From a virus (Duplodnaviria; Caudoviricetes), in the IMG/VR virus record IMGVR_UViG_3300036873_000005, positions 1 through 29,184 of that record: 29,184 nucleotides of DNA. One strand, 5' to 3'. The position numbers and the translations under genes were made by a program. Position 1 is the first letter of the stretch. Each line of letters opens with the position of its first letter. This document shows positions 1-7,174 of the stretch, piece by piece. The notes under the pieces are model-generated. The model saw nothing but the letters and a program-made list of their open reading frames with translations. It had not been told where the DNA came from and did no database searches.

Positions 1-99
1 GAGCCCAGCCTTCTGTGCCTCTTCCCACTCAGTCTCGGTCTGTGTGCTCGGGTCCAGGACGAACGTGCGCCACACCTTTGCCGTCTCGTGGGCACTCAC
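1..99 (-). CDS. Hypothetical protein, N-terminus only (runs off the left edge)
   Basis: GTG at 99 overlaps the upstream TGA; reads MSAHETAKVWRTFVLDP..., open to the window edge. Confidence 0.45.
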   Translation of the reverse strand, partial: MSAHETAKVWRTFVLDPSTQTETEWEEAQKAGL

Positions 100-197
100 C
101 GGATCAGCCCCACCCACTGCGCGACGTAGTACGCGACGGTCGCGAGCAGGCCCACGCCCATGATCGCTCCGATGACGATTGCGAGTCGCTGTGTCAT
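96..197 (-). CDS. Small membrane peptide, 33 aa (not in ORF track)
   Basis: MTQRLAIVIGAIMGVGLLATVAYYVAQWVGLIR; ATGA overlap upstream; single hydrophobic helix. Confidence 0.6.
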   Translation of the reverse strand: MTQRLAIVIGAIMGVGLLATVAYYVAQWVGLIR

Positions 198-364
198 CGG
201 ACCGTGCTCGGCCGCAGACGGCGCGTAATCCGTTCGATCAGCCGCTCTGACTTCTTCGCGGCCCTCACGTCATCCTCGGGACTCGTCGCCTGCTCGTGCG
301 CAATCGCGATGTCCTGAGCCTCGCTCACCCACTTCTCGGCCAGCTTGCGCTCTGCGGTCTTCAC
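194..364 (-). CDS. Hypothetical protein, 56 aa
   Basis: GTG start at 364 overlaps TGA of the upstream gene; GAGGAG upstream. Confidence 0.6.
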   Translation of the reverse strand: MKTAERKLAEKWVSEAQDIAIAHEQATSPEDDVRAAKKSERLIERITRRLRPSTVR

Positions 365-780
365 TTCATGCTCTTCGGCACCGCGAACAGGCACCCGATG
401 ATTTTGAAGCCGGGCATCTCGGGCACGTCTTCCTCGACGAGCCAATGCCCACCGCTCTGCTCACACGCCGCCTTTGCCTGATCGAGCGTCACACCGCGCT
501 GTGGTGCCGCGTCCGGCTGAGTCAGCCCACGTTCACGCACGTCCGGCTCACGGAGCGGAGCCGCCGTTGCGCGATTGGCCCACACGAGCAGCCCGAGCAG
601 TGTAGCGATCGCCGCCACGATGCCCGCGCCTTGGAACAGCCGCCGATAGATGCGCTCACGGCGTCCGCGTCTGCGCGTCTCGGTGATCCACGCCTCGTAC
701 TCGGCACGAGTCAACGCCCGCCCACCTACGCCGCCGATGTAGCCCTCAGTCTCTCCCATACGATCCTCCTTTTCAAGCAT
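361..780 (-). CDS. Hypothetical membrane-anchored protein
   Basis: Basic stretch, then TM helix GAGIVAAIATLLGLLVWA; Cys pair in the C-terminus; SD supplied by the 18-bp element. Confidence 0.7.
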   Translation of the reverse strand: MLEKEDRMGETEGYIGGVGGRALTRAEYEAWITETRRRGRRERIYRRLFQGAGIVAAIATLLGLLVWANRATAAPLREPDVRERGLTQPDAAPQRGVTLDQAKAACEQSGGHWLVEEDVPEMPGFKIIGCLFAVPKSMK

Positions 781-790
781 CCGCTCTCTC

Positions 791-808
791 CTACCTAGTT
801 AGGTAAAC
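791..808 (-). promoter_or_regulatory. 18-bp junction element, copy 1 (GTTTACCTAACTAGGTAG)
   Basis: Exact match to four other copies; 1 nt after the upstream stop; 3' end forms AGGAG before the ATG at 780. Confidence 0.85.
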
Positions 809-809
809 C

Positions 810-962
810 TTAGTCGCAGTCGTCGAGCACTTCGCCAGCGTACTCTCGATCGTACCGTTTCATGCACGCGTCCGAGCAGAACCCGTCATCCGTGCGCACG
901 CTCGGATTGTTGACGAACTCCTCGAAGCACTCACGGCATGTGACCACCTTGCCGCCCGTCAT
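810..962 (-). CDS. Small Zn-finger protein, 50 aa (not in ORF track)
   Basis: MTGGKVVTCRECFEEF...FCSDACMKRY...; CxxC...CxxxC; ATGA overlap with the upstream gene. Confidence 0.7.
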   Translation of the reverse strand: MTGGKVVTCRECFEEFVNNPSVRTDDGFCSDACMKRYDREYAGEVLDDCD

Positions 963-1825
963 ACGTTCCCCCATTCTCGCCGTGCTCGGCGTATCCGCTC
1001 GATGATCTCCGGCTTGATCTCCGCTTCCATCGCCTTCGCCTTGGTCTCGGGGTCGATCGGGATTGGCTGCACCGTCCCGGCGCGGTACTCGATCTCGTCA
1101 AGGGTGTCGTTCCCCAGGCCCGAGCCCGTCCCGAGCGCTATTCTGCCTGTCATCGGGGTGTACGGTATCGTATCGCTGATCCACTTGATGTCGGCCAGCT
1201 TGATCGACTTCGGCTTAGGCTTGGACGCTTCCAGGTCCACGCGGAACTCCCCGCACCCGCATCGGCCTCGGTAGCTGTCCATACCGTCGTTGGTCCGACG
1301 CATCTCAGTGTAGCCGCACTCAGCCCAGCCCGCCGCTCGATCGCTCGCGTGCTGCTCTCGCGCGTGCCCACACTTGCACACCTGACCCACGACCGGCACG
1401 AAGATTCGACGCCTCGGGGCCAGCACGTCCCCGTTGCTCAGGACGTAGCCCGGCTCGTCGTCTACCGTCGTCCATTCCCACCGACCACCACCCTGTGTGA
1501 TCGTATACTCGTCTTCCCACTCACGGCGCGTGATCTCGGCGGCTTCGGTGTCGCTCTCGCATTCGAGGTAGGTCTCACGCTTGAACAGCATCGTCCCGGC
1601 GTCTCGGCTCGCGACGTACTGCCCGCCCACGCCACCGCAGAGACACGTGCTCGACTCTTCGTCGATCTGTACCACCACCCTATGCCGCGTGCGTCGGCGG
1701 AGCCCGCCCTTGCCGTCGTCCCAATACACCACGCCTCGGCAGGACGCGTGAGCCTGACGCTTCGCCCGCCACTCGGCCAGGAAACCCTTCGGCCCAATGT
1801 AGACGAGTCGGCTTCGGACGTACAT
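959..1825 (-). CDS. Hypothetical protein with CxCGHxxxxH Zn-binding module
   Basis: Likely start MYVRSRL; CKCGHAREQH...C...CGCGEF. Confidence 0.7.
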   Translation of the reverse strand: MYVRSRLVYIGPKGFLAEWRAKRQAHASCRGVVYWDDGKGGLRRRTRHRVVVQIDEESSTCLCGGVGGQYVASRDAGTMLFKRETYLECESDTEAAEITRREWEDEYTITQGGGRWEWTTVDDEPGYVLSNGDVLAPRRRIFVPVVGQVCKCGHAREQHASDRAAGWAECGYTEMRRTNDGMDSYRGRCGCGEFRVDLEASKPKPKSIKLADIKWISDTIPYTPMTGRIALGTGSGLGNDTLDEIEYRAGTVQPIPIDPETKAKAMEAEIKPEIIERIRRARREWGNV

Positions 1826-1827
1826 TG

Positions 1828-1947
1828 TCAGTCGGCGATGCTGACGGCAATGAGCCAAATGCCCAGGCCCGTCAGCCATCCGTACTGCACTCCGATCGCT
1901 AACGCTCCGATCGTGATGAAGATGAAGTTCAGCAAGGCATTCGACAT
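1828..1947 (-). CDS. Small membrane peptide, 39 aa (not in ORF track)
   Basis: MSNALLNFIFITIGALAIGVQYGWLTGLGIWLIAVSIAD; GGAGGT SD; fills the gap between its neighbours. Confidence 0.65.
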   Translation of the reverse strand: MSNALLNFIFITIGALAIGVQYGWLTGLGIWLIAVSIAD

Positions 1948-1950
1948 GAC

Positions 1951-2472
1951 TTACCTCCCAGGTATTGCGCTCGGCACCGGATCGTCGTCTTCCCGGTGTG
2001 TGATGTTCGGTCCGGCTTGCTGAGCCCGTTCAGCCTTCTGCGCTGCCAGCTTGATCTCTCGCGCCGTCATCAGCCGCTTCTTGCCCGCGACTTCGGACCG
2101 GCTTGCGATCGCGGGCATCGAGTCGGCCTTACCCACAGGCTCACCGTCATCGATCACGGCGGGACCGGTGTGGCTGTCATCGAGGTTGGCCGGATCAGTA
2201 GTCGTGTCTGCCTCTTCGATCGGCGGTAGGTCCGCTTGCTTGCGGGTCTCGTTCACCGTTCGGTAAGGTCGCTCCACGATCGTACGCTCAGCCTGCTTTT
2301 CTGTGCTGATCGTGAACTCGATCGCACCGCTCGACAGAACCTCGATCTTCACCACGTAGAACTTCGTGGCGCTCTGGCTTGTCAGCCACTCGGCCAGGTC
2401 AGCCTCTTCGACCGTATAGGCGCGAACCTCGGCCTTCAGCTTCGGCCCACTCTTCGGTTTCGGGTCGCTCAT
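1951..2472 (-). CDS. Hypothetical protein
   Basis: 173-aa ORF with AAGGAG SD. Confidence 0.7.
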   Translation of the reverse strand: MSDPKPKSGPKLKAEVRAYTVEEADLAEWLTSQSATKFYVVKIEVLSSGAIEFTISTEKQAERTIVERPYRTVNETRKQADLPPIEEADTTTDPANLDDSHTGPAVIDDGEPVGKADSMPAIASRSEVAGKKRLMTAREIKLAAQKAERAQQAGPNITHREDDDPVPSAIPGR

Positions 2473-2597
2473 TTCTTCTCCTTGGTCTTCAACGTGTCCA
2501 GGATGCGCGCTAGGCCATCGAGCGGATTGCAGCCGTTCGGGCAGTCACGCACACCCTGTTCAACGATCTTGTCGCACACGCTGCACTGCCAGGCCAT
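2469..2597 (-). CDS. Small Zn-ribbon protein, 42 aa (not in ORF track)
   Basis: MAWQCSVCDKIVEQGVRDCPNGCNPL...; TGATG and ATGA overlaps at the two ends. Confidence 0.65.
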   Translation of the reverse strand: MAWQCSVCDKIVEQGVRDCPNGCNPLDGLARILDTLKTKEKK

Positions 2598-2842
2598 CAG
2601 GCTATCGCTCGGTCGATCACTTCACGGTCCGGCTGCAAGGGCACGATGCCCAGGTCAGCGCACACGCACATGTACAGCGCGTCGGGCTGTCCGCCGTTGT
2701 CCCGCGTGTACTCTTCGGCATAGTCGGCGAAATAGGTGTCAACGTCTCTGTCTGAGTCCACGTTGAACTTCATGAACTTCGCCAGATTTGCGGGCTCTTT
2801 CAGGTGCGCGATCTGCCGCTCACGGCTGACGTACTGCATCAC
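2597..2842 (-). CDS. Hypothetical protein
   Basis: 81-aa ORF coupled to both neighbours. Confidence 0.65.
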   Translation of the reverse strand: MMQYVSRERQIAHLKEPANLAKFMKFNVDSDRDVDTYFADYAEEYTRDNGGQPDALYMCVCADLGIVPLQPDREVIDRAIA

Positions 2843-3144
2843 GCCTCACCGCCGTACTCGACGCCCTCGGCCTCGGGCTCGTCGTCGTCGATCACGTCGA
2901 ACTCGTCCTCGTCGTCTTCGTCGTCGTCGCGATCGCCGGAGTCTAAGTCCAGTTCATACTCCGCGTCGATCTCGTTCACGATCTGATCGCTCGGGTCGTT
3001 CTCGCCCTCGGTGAGGATGTCCCGAATCACGTCGGTGTCCGACACACCCAGGATAGCGGCGATGCGCTCAGCCGTGTCGTCGATACCCTTCACGCCCATC
3101 TTGAAGTCAGCGACCGCTTCGGTCACCTGTCCACGCTCTGTCAT
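2839..3144 (-). CDS. Highly acidic small protein (possible DNA mimic)
   Basis: Start MTERGQ with GGAGGG SD; about 38 of 101 residues are D/E. Confidence 0.7.
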   Translation of the reverse strand: MTERGQVTEAVADFKMGVKGIDDTAERIAAILGVSDTDVIRDILTEGENDPSDQIVNEIDAEYELDLDSGDRDDDEDDEDEFDVIDDDEPEAEGVEYGGEA

Positions 3145-3386
3145 ATCAGCCCTCCGCGTAGGTTTGCGCACCCCTGTTCGTGCTTGCCGTCGAGCCCATC
3201 ACACACCGAGCACTGAGTGCCGACGCCTTTCGCTGCTCGCTCTTCGGCCGTCATCTCGTCCCACTCCACCAGGCCCTCTTCGCCGTCTGCGGGCTCGTCT
3301 TCGCCCGCTCGTACGCGATTCTCGTGCGCGGCTCGGGCCAACTGCCGACGCGCCTCTTTCTCCATCTTTTCCCACCGGTTGGTCAT
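3141..3386 (-). CDS. Hypothetical protein with C-terminal CxxC...H...C motif
   Basis: CSVCDGLDGKHEQGC; SD from the 18-bp element. Confidence 0.65.
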   Translation of the reverse strand: MTNRWEKMEKEARRQLARAAHENRVRAGEDEPADGEEGLVEWDEMTAEERAAKGVGTQCSVCDGLDGKHEQGCANLRGGLI

Positions 3387-3398
3387 AGGCTGACCCTC

Positions 3399-3416
3399 CT
3401 ACCTAGTTAGGTAAAC
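3399..3416 (-). promoter_or_regulatory. 18-bp junction element, copy 2
   Basis: Exact copy; encodes the last codons VYLTR* of the upstream ORF; 3' end forms the AGGAGG SD. Confidence 0.85.
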
Positions 3417-3752
3417 GACAACGTCATCGTACGACATCACGCCGTCGTCACTCGTCAGCCCGACGTGCGCGATCTTCGGGTTGCCCTCGATCGCTACGAT
3501 CCGGGCCATCAGCGCGGCCCGGTTCGACTCGGTGAACATCTCGGGCATCAGGTCGCGGAACGCCAGCCCGTCGCCCTCCTCGAACTCCCACAGAGTCTTC
3601 GTCAGGAACTCGAACGCGTCGTCATGCTCTTCGGGGTACGCCAAGTCCGCGAGTGCCTGGTACACGATCGCCAGAATCAACATCTTCTCGCCACCGCTGT
3701 CGTCGGCTCGCTCACCTACTTGGAGCGGAGCCCGGCGCGTCCCGTTCGTCAC
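3399..3752 (-). CDS. Hypothetical phage protein
   Basis: 117-aa ORF, helical LAIVYQALADL segment; GTGA overlap at the start. Confidence 0.7.
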   Translation of the reverse strand: MTNGTRRAPLQVGERADDSGGEKMLILAIVYQALADLAYPEEHDDAFEFLTKTLWEFEEGDGLAFRDLMPEMFTESNRAALMARIVAIEGNPKIAHVGLTSDDGVMSYDDVVVYLTR

Positions 3753-4330
3753 TGGCTCGGCTCCGAACCACTCAACACCTGATTACTCAACGCCTGACGG
3801 GTGCTCGGCAGTTTCTCGGCAGTTACGGTGCTAGGTTGCTCTGTAGCTCTCGCCTCTAGTTCTGCCACCACCGTCCCCGCCGCGATGTTCCCTGTTACCG
3901 CCACCGCGACCACCGTAGCCTTGCGAGTCTGCACACGTTTCGGCTTGATCGTTCCCCGTGCTGCGATGGCTCTCCGCATCAGGTCGGCGAGTAGAACTAG
4001 CTCCTGCTCCGTTGCTACGGCTAGCATCTCTTGCCACTGCTCTTTCTTCCGCTCTACCGGCGAATCTAGAATCTTTTCGACCAATCTAGACTCGCCCGCG
4101 TTCAGCTTGCCGTCCTTGATCCGTGCCTTCAGAGCGTTTCTGAACTCTTCACCGGTCGTGATCTCCCTGATGAACTCCCTGAGGCTCTTCGCGTCCGGTT
4201 CCGTGACCGCTTCGGTTTGGGGGTTCTTCGGCTTGTTCTTCGAGCCCTTGACCCGTCCGCCTCGCTTCTTCTTGACCGGTTCCGTGACCGCTATGTTTCC
4301 GCTCAGTCCTACCGGTGTTTGCTCGCTCAT
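3749..4330 (-). CDS. Putative DNA-binding protein, possibly terminase small subunit-like
   Basis: KKRGGRVKGSKNK resembles the GGRxKGxxNK N-terminal motif of many small-terminase-like phage proteins; AAGGGAG SD before ATG 4330. Confidence 0.4.
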   Translation of the reverse strand: MSEQTPVGLSGNIAVTEPVKKKRGGRVKGSKNKPKNPQTEAVTEPDAKSLREFIREITTGEEFRNALKARIKDGKLNAGESRLVEKILDSPVERKKEQWQEMLAVATEQELVLLADLMRRAIAARGTIKPKRVQTRKATVVAVAVTGNIAAGTVVAELEARATEQPSTVTAEKLPSTRQALSNQVLSGSEPSQ

Positions 4331-4372
4331 GTCTGGCTCTCCCTTGGTAGTCTGTACCCGCATCGTGGGCAC

Positions 4373-4615
4373 CGCTTGATCTTCGTCTTCGCTCCCCGTG
4401 GTCGGCCGTGGTAGTTCCTTCGGGGGTCGTGTCCCCGCCTGAACGGTCGTCCGCCGCCGCCCCTTCTACTCAACATACGTTGAGCCCTTGTCGGGTCCTA
4501 GAACGGCCCAGGATCGCACCGGGCCAGTTCCCGGTACGGCTACAGCGACCCCCTTGCCGATCGCCCAGGCTTGCCCCGAATCCGCCCCGATTCGCCCCCT
4601 TCCGGAAGAGCACTC
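4373..4615. other. Longest non-coding gap, with tandem inverted repeats
   Basis: Minus-strand stems CGAATC/GATTCG, GCGATC/GGTCGC, CGTACCGGG/CCCGGTGCG, TCCTGG/CTAGGA, CTCAAC/GTTGAG. Confidence 0.5.
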
Positions 4616-5197
4616 TCAGGGCCATACGGCCAGGGCCTTCCGGGTAATCCCCCGAACCTCTTCCTCTGTCGCGGGCCGGGGTTCAGCGCTCACCCACCGA
4701 TCGCTCACCCGGTAATACACGTGCGCCCGGTCACTGCTCGCTCCTGCCGTCCAGGTCTCGATCAGGCTCACCGCGCCGTCACTTGGTCGGCTCTCGTGAA
4801 CCTCGTACTTGTTCTGTGCGTAGTCCTGCCCGCCCAGGAACATCGCCCGGTCTCGCTCTACCAGGTTGACAGGCACCGGCCCGCCGATCTCACAGCCCTT
4901 CGGCCCACAGACGATCTCCTGCTCGATGTACGGCTCACCGACGCCATCGGCCGGATCGACCACCCCGTACAGGATGTTCTCGATCTCACCGCTGATCACG
5001 TGGCTGATGAAGTTCCACGGGTGATCGTGGATCACCGTCACGTCCGGCACCCGGTGCTCGTGCGACCACACATGTAGCCTGAACCGGTTGTCGAACCTCA
5101 GGCGCAGCATCCCGAGCCCTTGCAGCGTCCAGCCCCGATAGACTGTCGCGTGTTCGAGGATGCCCTTGACCGTCGCTCTGATCGCGTCCTCGATCAT
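4616..5197 (-). CDS. Cupin-fold (cysteine dioxygenase-like) metalloprotein
   Basis: RLHVW...IHDHPWNFISHVISG...VHE, a cupin-type HxH...H arrangement. Confidence 0.55.
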   Translation of the reverse strand: MIEDAIRATVKGILEHATVYRGWTLQGLGMLRLRFDNRFRLHVWSHEHRVPDVTVIHDHPWNFISHVISGEIENILYGVVDPADGVGEPYIEQEIVCGPKGCEIGGPVPVNLVERDRAMFLGGQDYAQNKYEVHESRPSDGAVSLIETWTAGASSDRAHVYYRVSDRWVSAEPRPATEEEVRGITRKALAVWP

Positions 5198-5268
5198 GGC
5201 AGTAGCACGATGCGCTCGATCACCACGAGCGTCCAGATGAACAGGTTGAGCACGATTACTTGAATCAT
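5194..5268 (-). CDS. 24-aa hydrophobic micropeptide (not in ORF track)
   Basis: MIQVIVLNLFIWTLVVIERIVLLP; GAGGAG SD; ATGA overlaps at both ends. Confidence 0.6.
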   Translation of the reverse strand: MIQVIVLNLFIWTLVVIERIVLLP

Positions 5269-5987
5269 ACGATCTCCTCGTCCTCCCTTGGTGCACGTTG
5301 AGGTTTGTTGCGCTCGGCTCTTGTCTCCGCCATGTACCGCGCGTGCTCGTTCACGGTCGGGAACCTCGGCTTCGGCGGCTCCTTCGGCCGATCGATCGGG
5401 TCCAGCTTCGGCGCGTACTTCTTCGTGCTGACCGACGAGCCCAGCCTAATCTTCGGCTCGCTCAGCACTACGCCCGCGCCTTCGGGCACCGGATCGCCCG
5501 GTCGCCAGTTGTTTCCAAGTCCGCACCCGCAATCACCGGGCGAGCATACCGGCATGTGACCCACGATCGTCGGAATGGGCATGCTCGCCGTGTGCGATGT
5601 CTTGCCCTCCTGTCCTTCGTGCAGCCATGTCGTGGTCAGCATCGTGTCCTGTTCGTCCAGGAACACCATCTTGCCCGTCACCGCGACGTTGCACACCGGA
5701 CACCGGGGAGAGCGCGCGTCAGCGCTCGGGCCAGTCAGCGGCCGGAACGTGTAGCAGCCGCACCGGAAGCCTTCGCACGTGTTCGCGTTCCCGAGTCCGC
5801 GATGCGACGATGCCCAATGCCCGCATTCACACACCGAGTCATCGCGGTAGTTCTTGCCGTCGATCGACAAGATCACCGGACCAACGTACCGGCGTCCAGG
5901 CTCGCGGAACATCGAGTCAGGTGGTTTCACGGTGTTCCACTCTAACGGCGAGGCTAGCTCTGCCGCCAGCGAAGCGAATCCGGGCAT
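5265..5987 (-). CDS. Cys/His-rich hypothetical protein
   Basis: CECGHWASSH...C...CGCYTF, CPVC, CSPGDCGC. Confidence 0.7.
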   Translation of the reverse strand: MPGFASLAAELASPLEWNTVKPPDSMFREPGRRYVGPVILSIDGKNYRDDSVCECGHWASSHRGLGNANTCEGFRCGCYTFRPLTGPSADARSPRCPVCNVAVTGKMVFLDEQDTMLTTTWLHEGQEGKTSHTASMPIPTIVGHMPVCSPGDCGCGLGNNWRPGDPVPEGAGVVLSEPKIRLGSSVSTKKYAPKLDPIDRPKEPPKPRFPTVNEHARYMAETRAERNKPQRAPREDEEIV

Positions 5988-6571
5988 CAGACTTCCTCAC
6001 CATCGTGTACCTTTGGTGCGCGCCCCGTCAGTGGCGGGGGTTCGGGTGTCTTCGGCTCACGCTTCTGCTCTGCTCGCGTCCTTGCCCGTCGCGCTTTCAC
6101 GCGCTCCCGCTTTGCGATCTCTTCGGCCGCGTCGTCGAACACCTTGCTCAACGGTACGATCCTCAGAATCGGCCTCTCGCGTGTCTCGCTGTTGTTCCAA
6201 CACCCCGCGATCAAGCAGTCCTTCGTAGCTGGCACACCATGCTCGCAGAATCGCACCCCGGACGACACCCGCTTTGGTGAGCGGTTCGTTCCAGCCAACT
6301 CGGGCGGGAATGTCTCGGCTGACTTCTTCTTGCGGCGTACGAACACGTCGCAGGGGCAGAAGCCGCTCGCATCTTCGAGGTACACTACGCATCCTTTCCC
6401 TTTGCCGCCCGAGTAGTGGTTCGAGTCATCGTGCCCGCATCCCTGACACTTGCGTCCGTTCTTGTCCGCGTCTCGCTTCGGTGCCTTGCGGAGCGCGATG
6501 CACGCGTCACAGACAACGAACCGAATCTCGATTGTGTACCCGTGCGGGCACTTCCCTTGCTTCGCAGACAT
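5987..6571 (-). CDS. Cys/His-rich hypothetical protein
   Basis: CPHG...CDAC, CQGCGHDDSNH...CPCDVF, CEHG...C. Confidence 0.7.
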   Translation of the reverse strand: MSAKQGKCPHGYTIEIRFVVCDACIALRKAPKRDADKNGRKCQGCGHDDSNHYSGGKGKGCVVYLEDASGFCPCDVFVRRKKKSAETFPPELAGTNRSPKRVSSGVRFCEHGVPATKDCLIAGCWNNSETRERPILRIVPLSKVFDDAAEEIAKRERVKARRARTRAEQKREPKTPEPPPLTGRAPKVHDGEEV

Positions 6572-6572
6572 C

Positions 6573-6887
6573 TCACCGATAGCCCCCGCTCGGTGGCCCC
6601 TTTCGCTTGTCGATCGTCAGCGCGATCTCTTGCATGTCGTCGAGCGCCATCTGCCCGCGCCGCCAGTAGCCCGTGCACTCCACGATGTCCTGAGGCACAG
6701 TCTTGTTGTCGAGCGCGCTACACCGCACGATCGTCTCGCGATGCTCGACATCTCCGCGCGTCATGATCAGCGCACGCGAGCACGTGCGGCAGATGCCTCT
6801 GATCTCCGGCTTGCCCGCGTACTCGTCGTCAACGTTCTGAAGGCCCTGTGCCCGCGCGACTAGACAGATGTCTTTCTCTTCGCTCAT
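6573..6887 (-). CDS. Hypothetical protein (4 to 5 Cys)
   Basis: Start MSEEKDIC by ATGA overlap; CRTC...C...C. Confidence 0.65.
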   Translation of the reverse strand: MSEEKDICLVARAQGLQNVDDEYAGKPEIRGICRTCSRALIMTRGDVEHRETIVRCSALDNKTVPQDIVECTGYWRRGQMALDDMQEIALTIDKRKGPPSGGYR

Positions 6888-7174
6888 GCGTTCCTTCTCC
6901 TGTACATGCGTCGGCAGTCCTTGCAGTCTGTGCGTGGCGGCAGGATGCCCTTGTACCGCTTGTGCACCTGACACTTGAACCGGTCCGTGTTCGACGCGAT
7001 CTTCGTGAGCAGCCTCGGTATCTTCCGCGTCTCGTTGCATCGGAGCGGGTTCGTGTTGTCACGGATCACCTTCAGCAAGTCGCGGATGTCCATGAGCAAC
7101 GCGACCTGAACATGCGAGCCCCATTCGAGCGCCCCGTCCGGCAGGTTCCAATCGGCGAATGCGTGTCGAGCCAT
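6884..7174 (-). CDS. Hypothetical protein with C-terminal CxxH...CxxC
   Basis: Start MARHAF (TGATG overlap, GGAGG SD); CQVHKRY...CKDC. Confidence 0.65.
   Translation of the reverse strand: MARHAFADWNLPDGALEWGSHVQVALLMDIRDLLKVIRDNTNPLRCNETRKIPRLLTKIASNTDRFKCQVHKRYKGILPPRTDCKDCRRMYRRRNA

Noticed and set aside
1951-1964. TACCT-CCC-AGGTA, a possible degenerate sixth copy at a gene end
   Set aside because: Spacer is 3 nt rather than 4, the GTT tail is missing, and it is explained by a GGAGGT SD plus a stop codon; not counted
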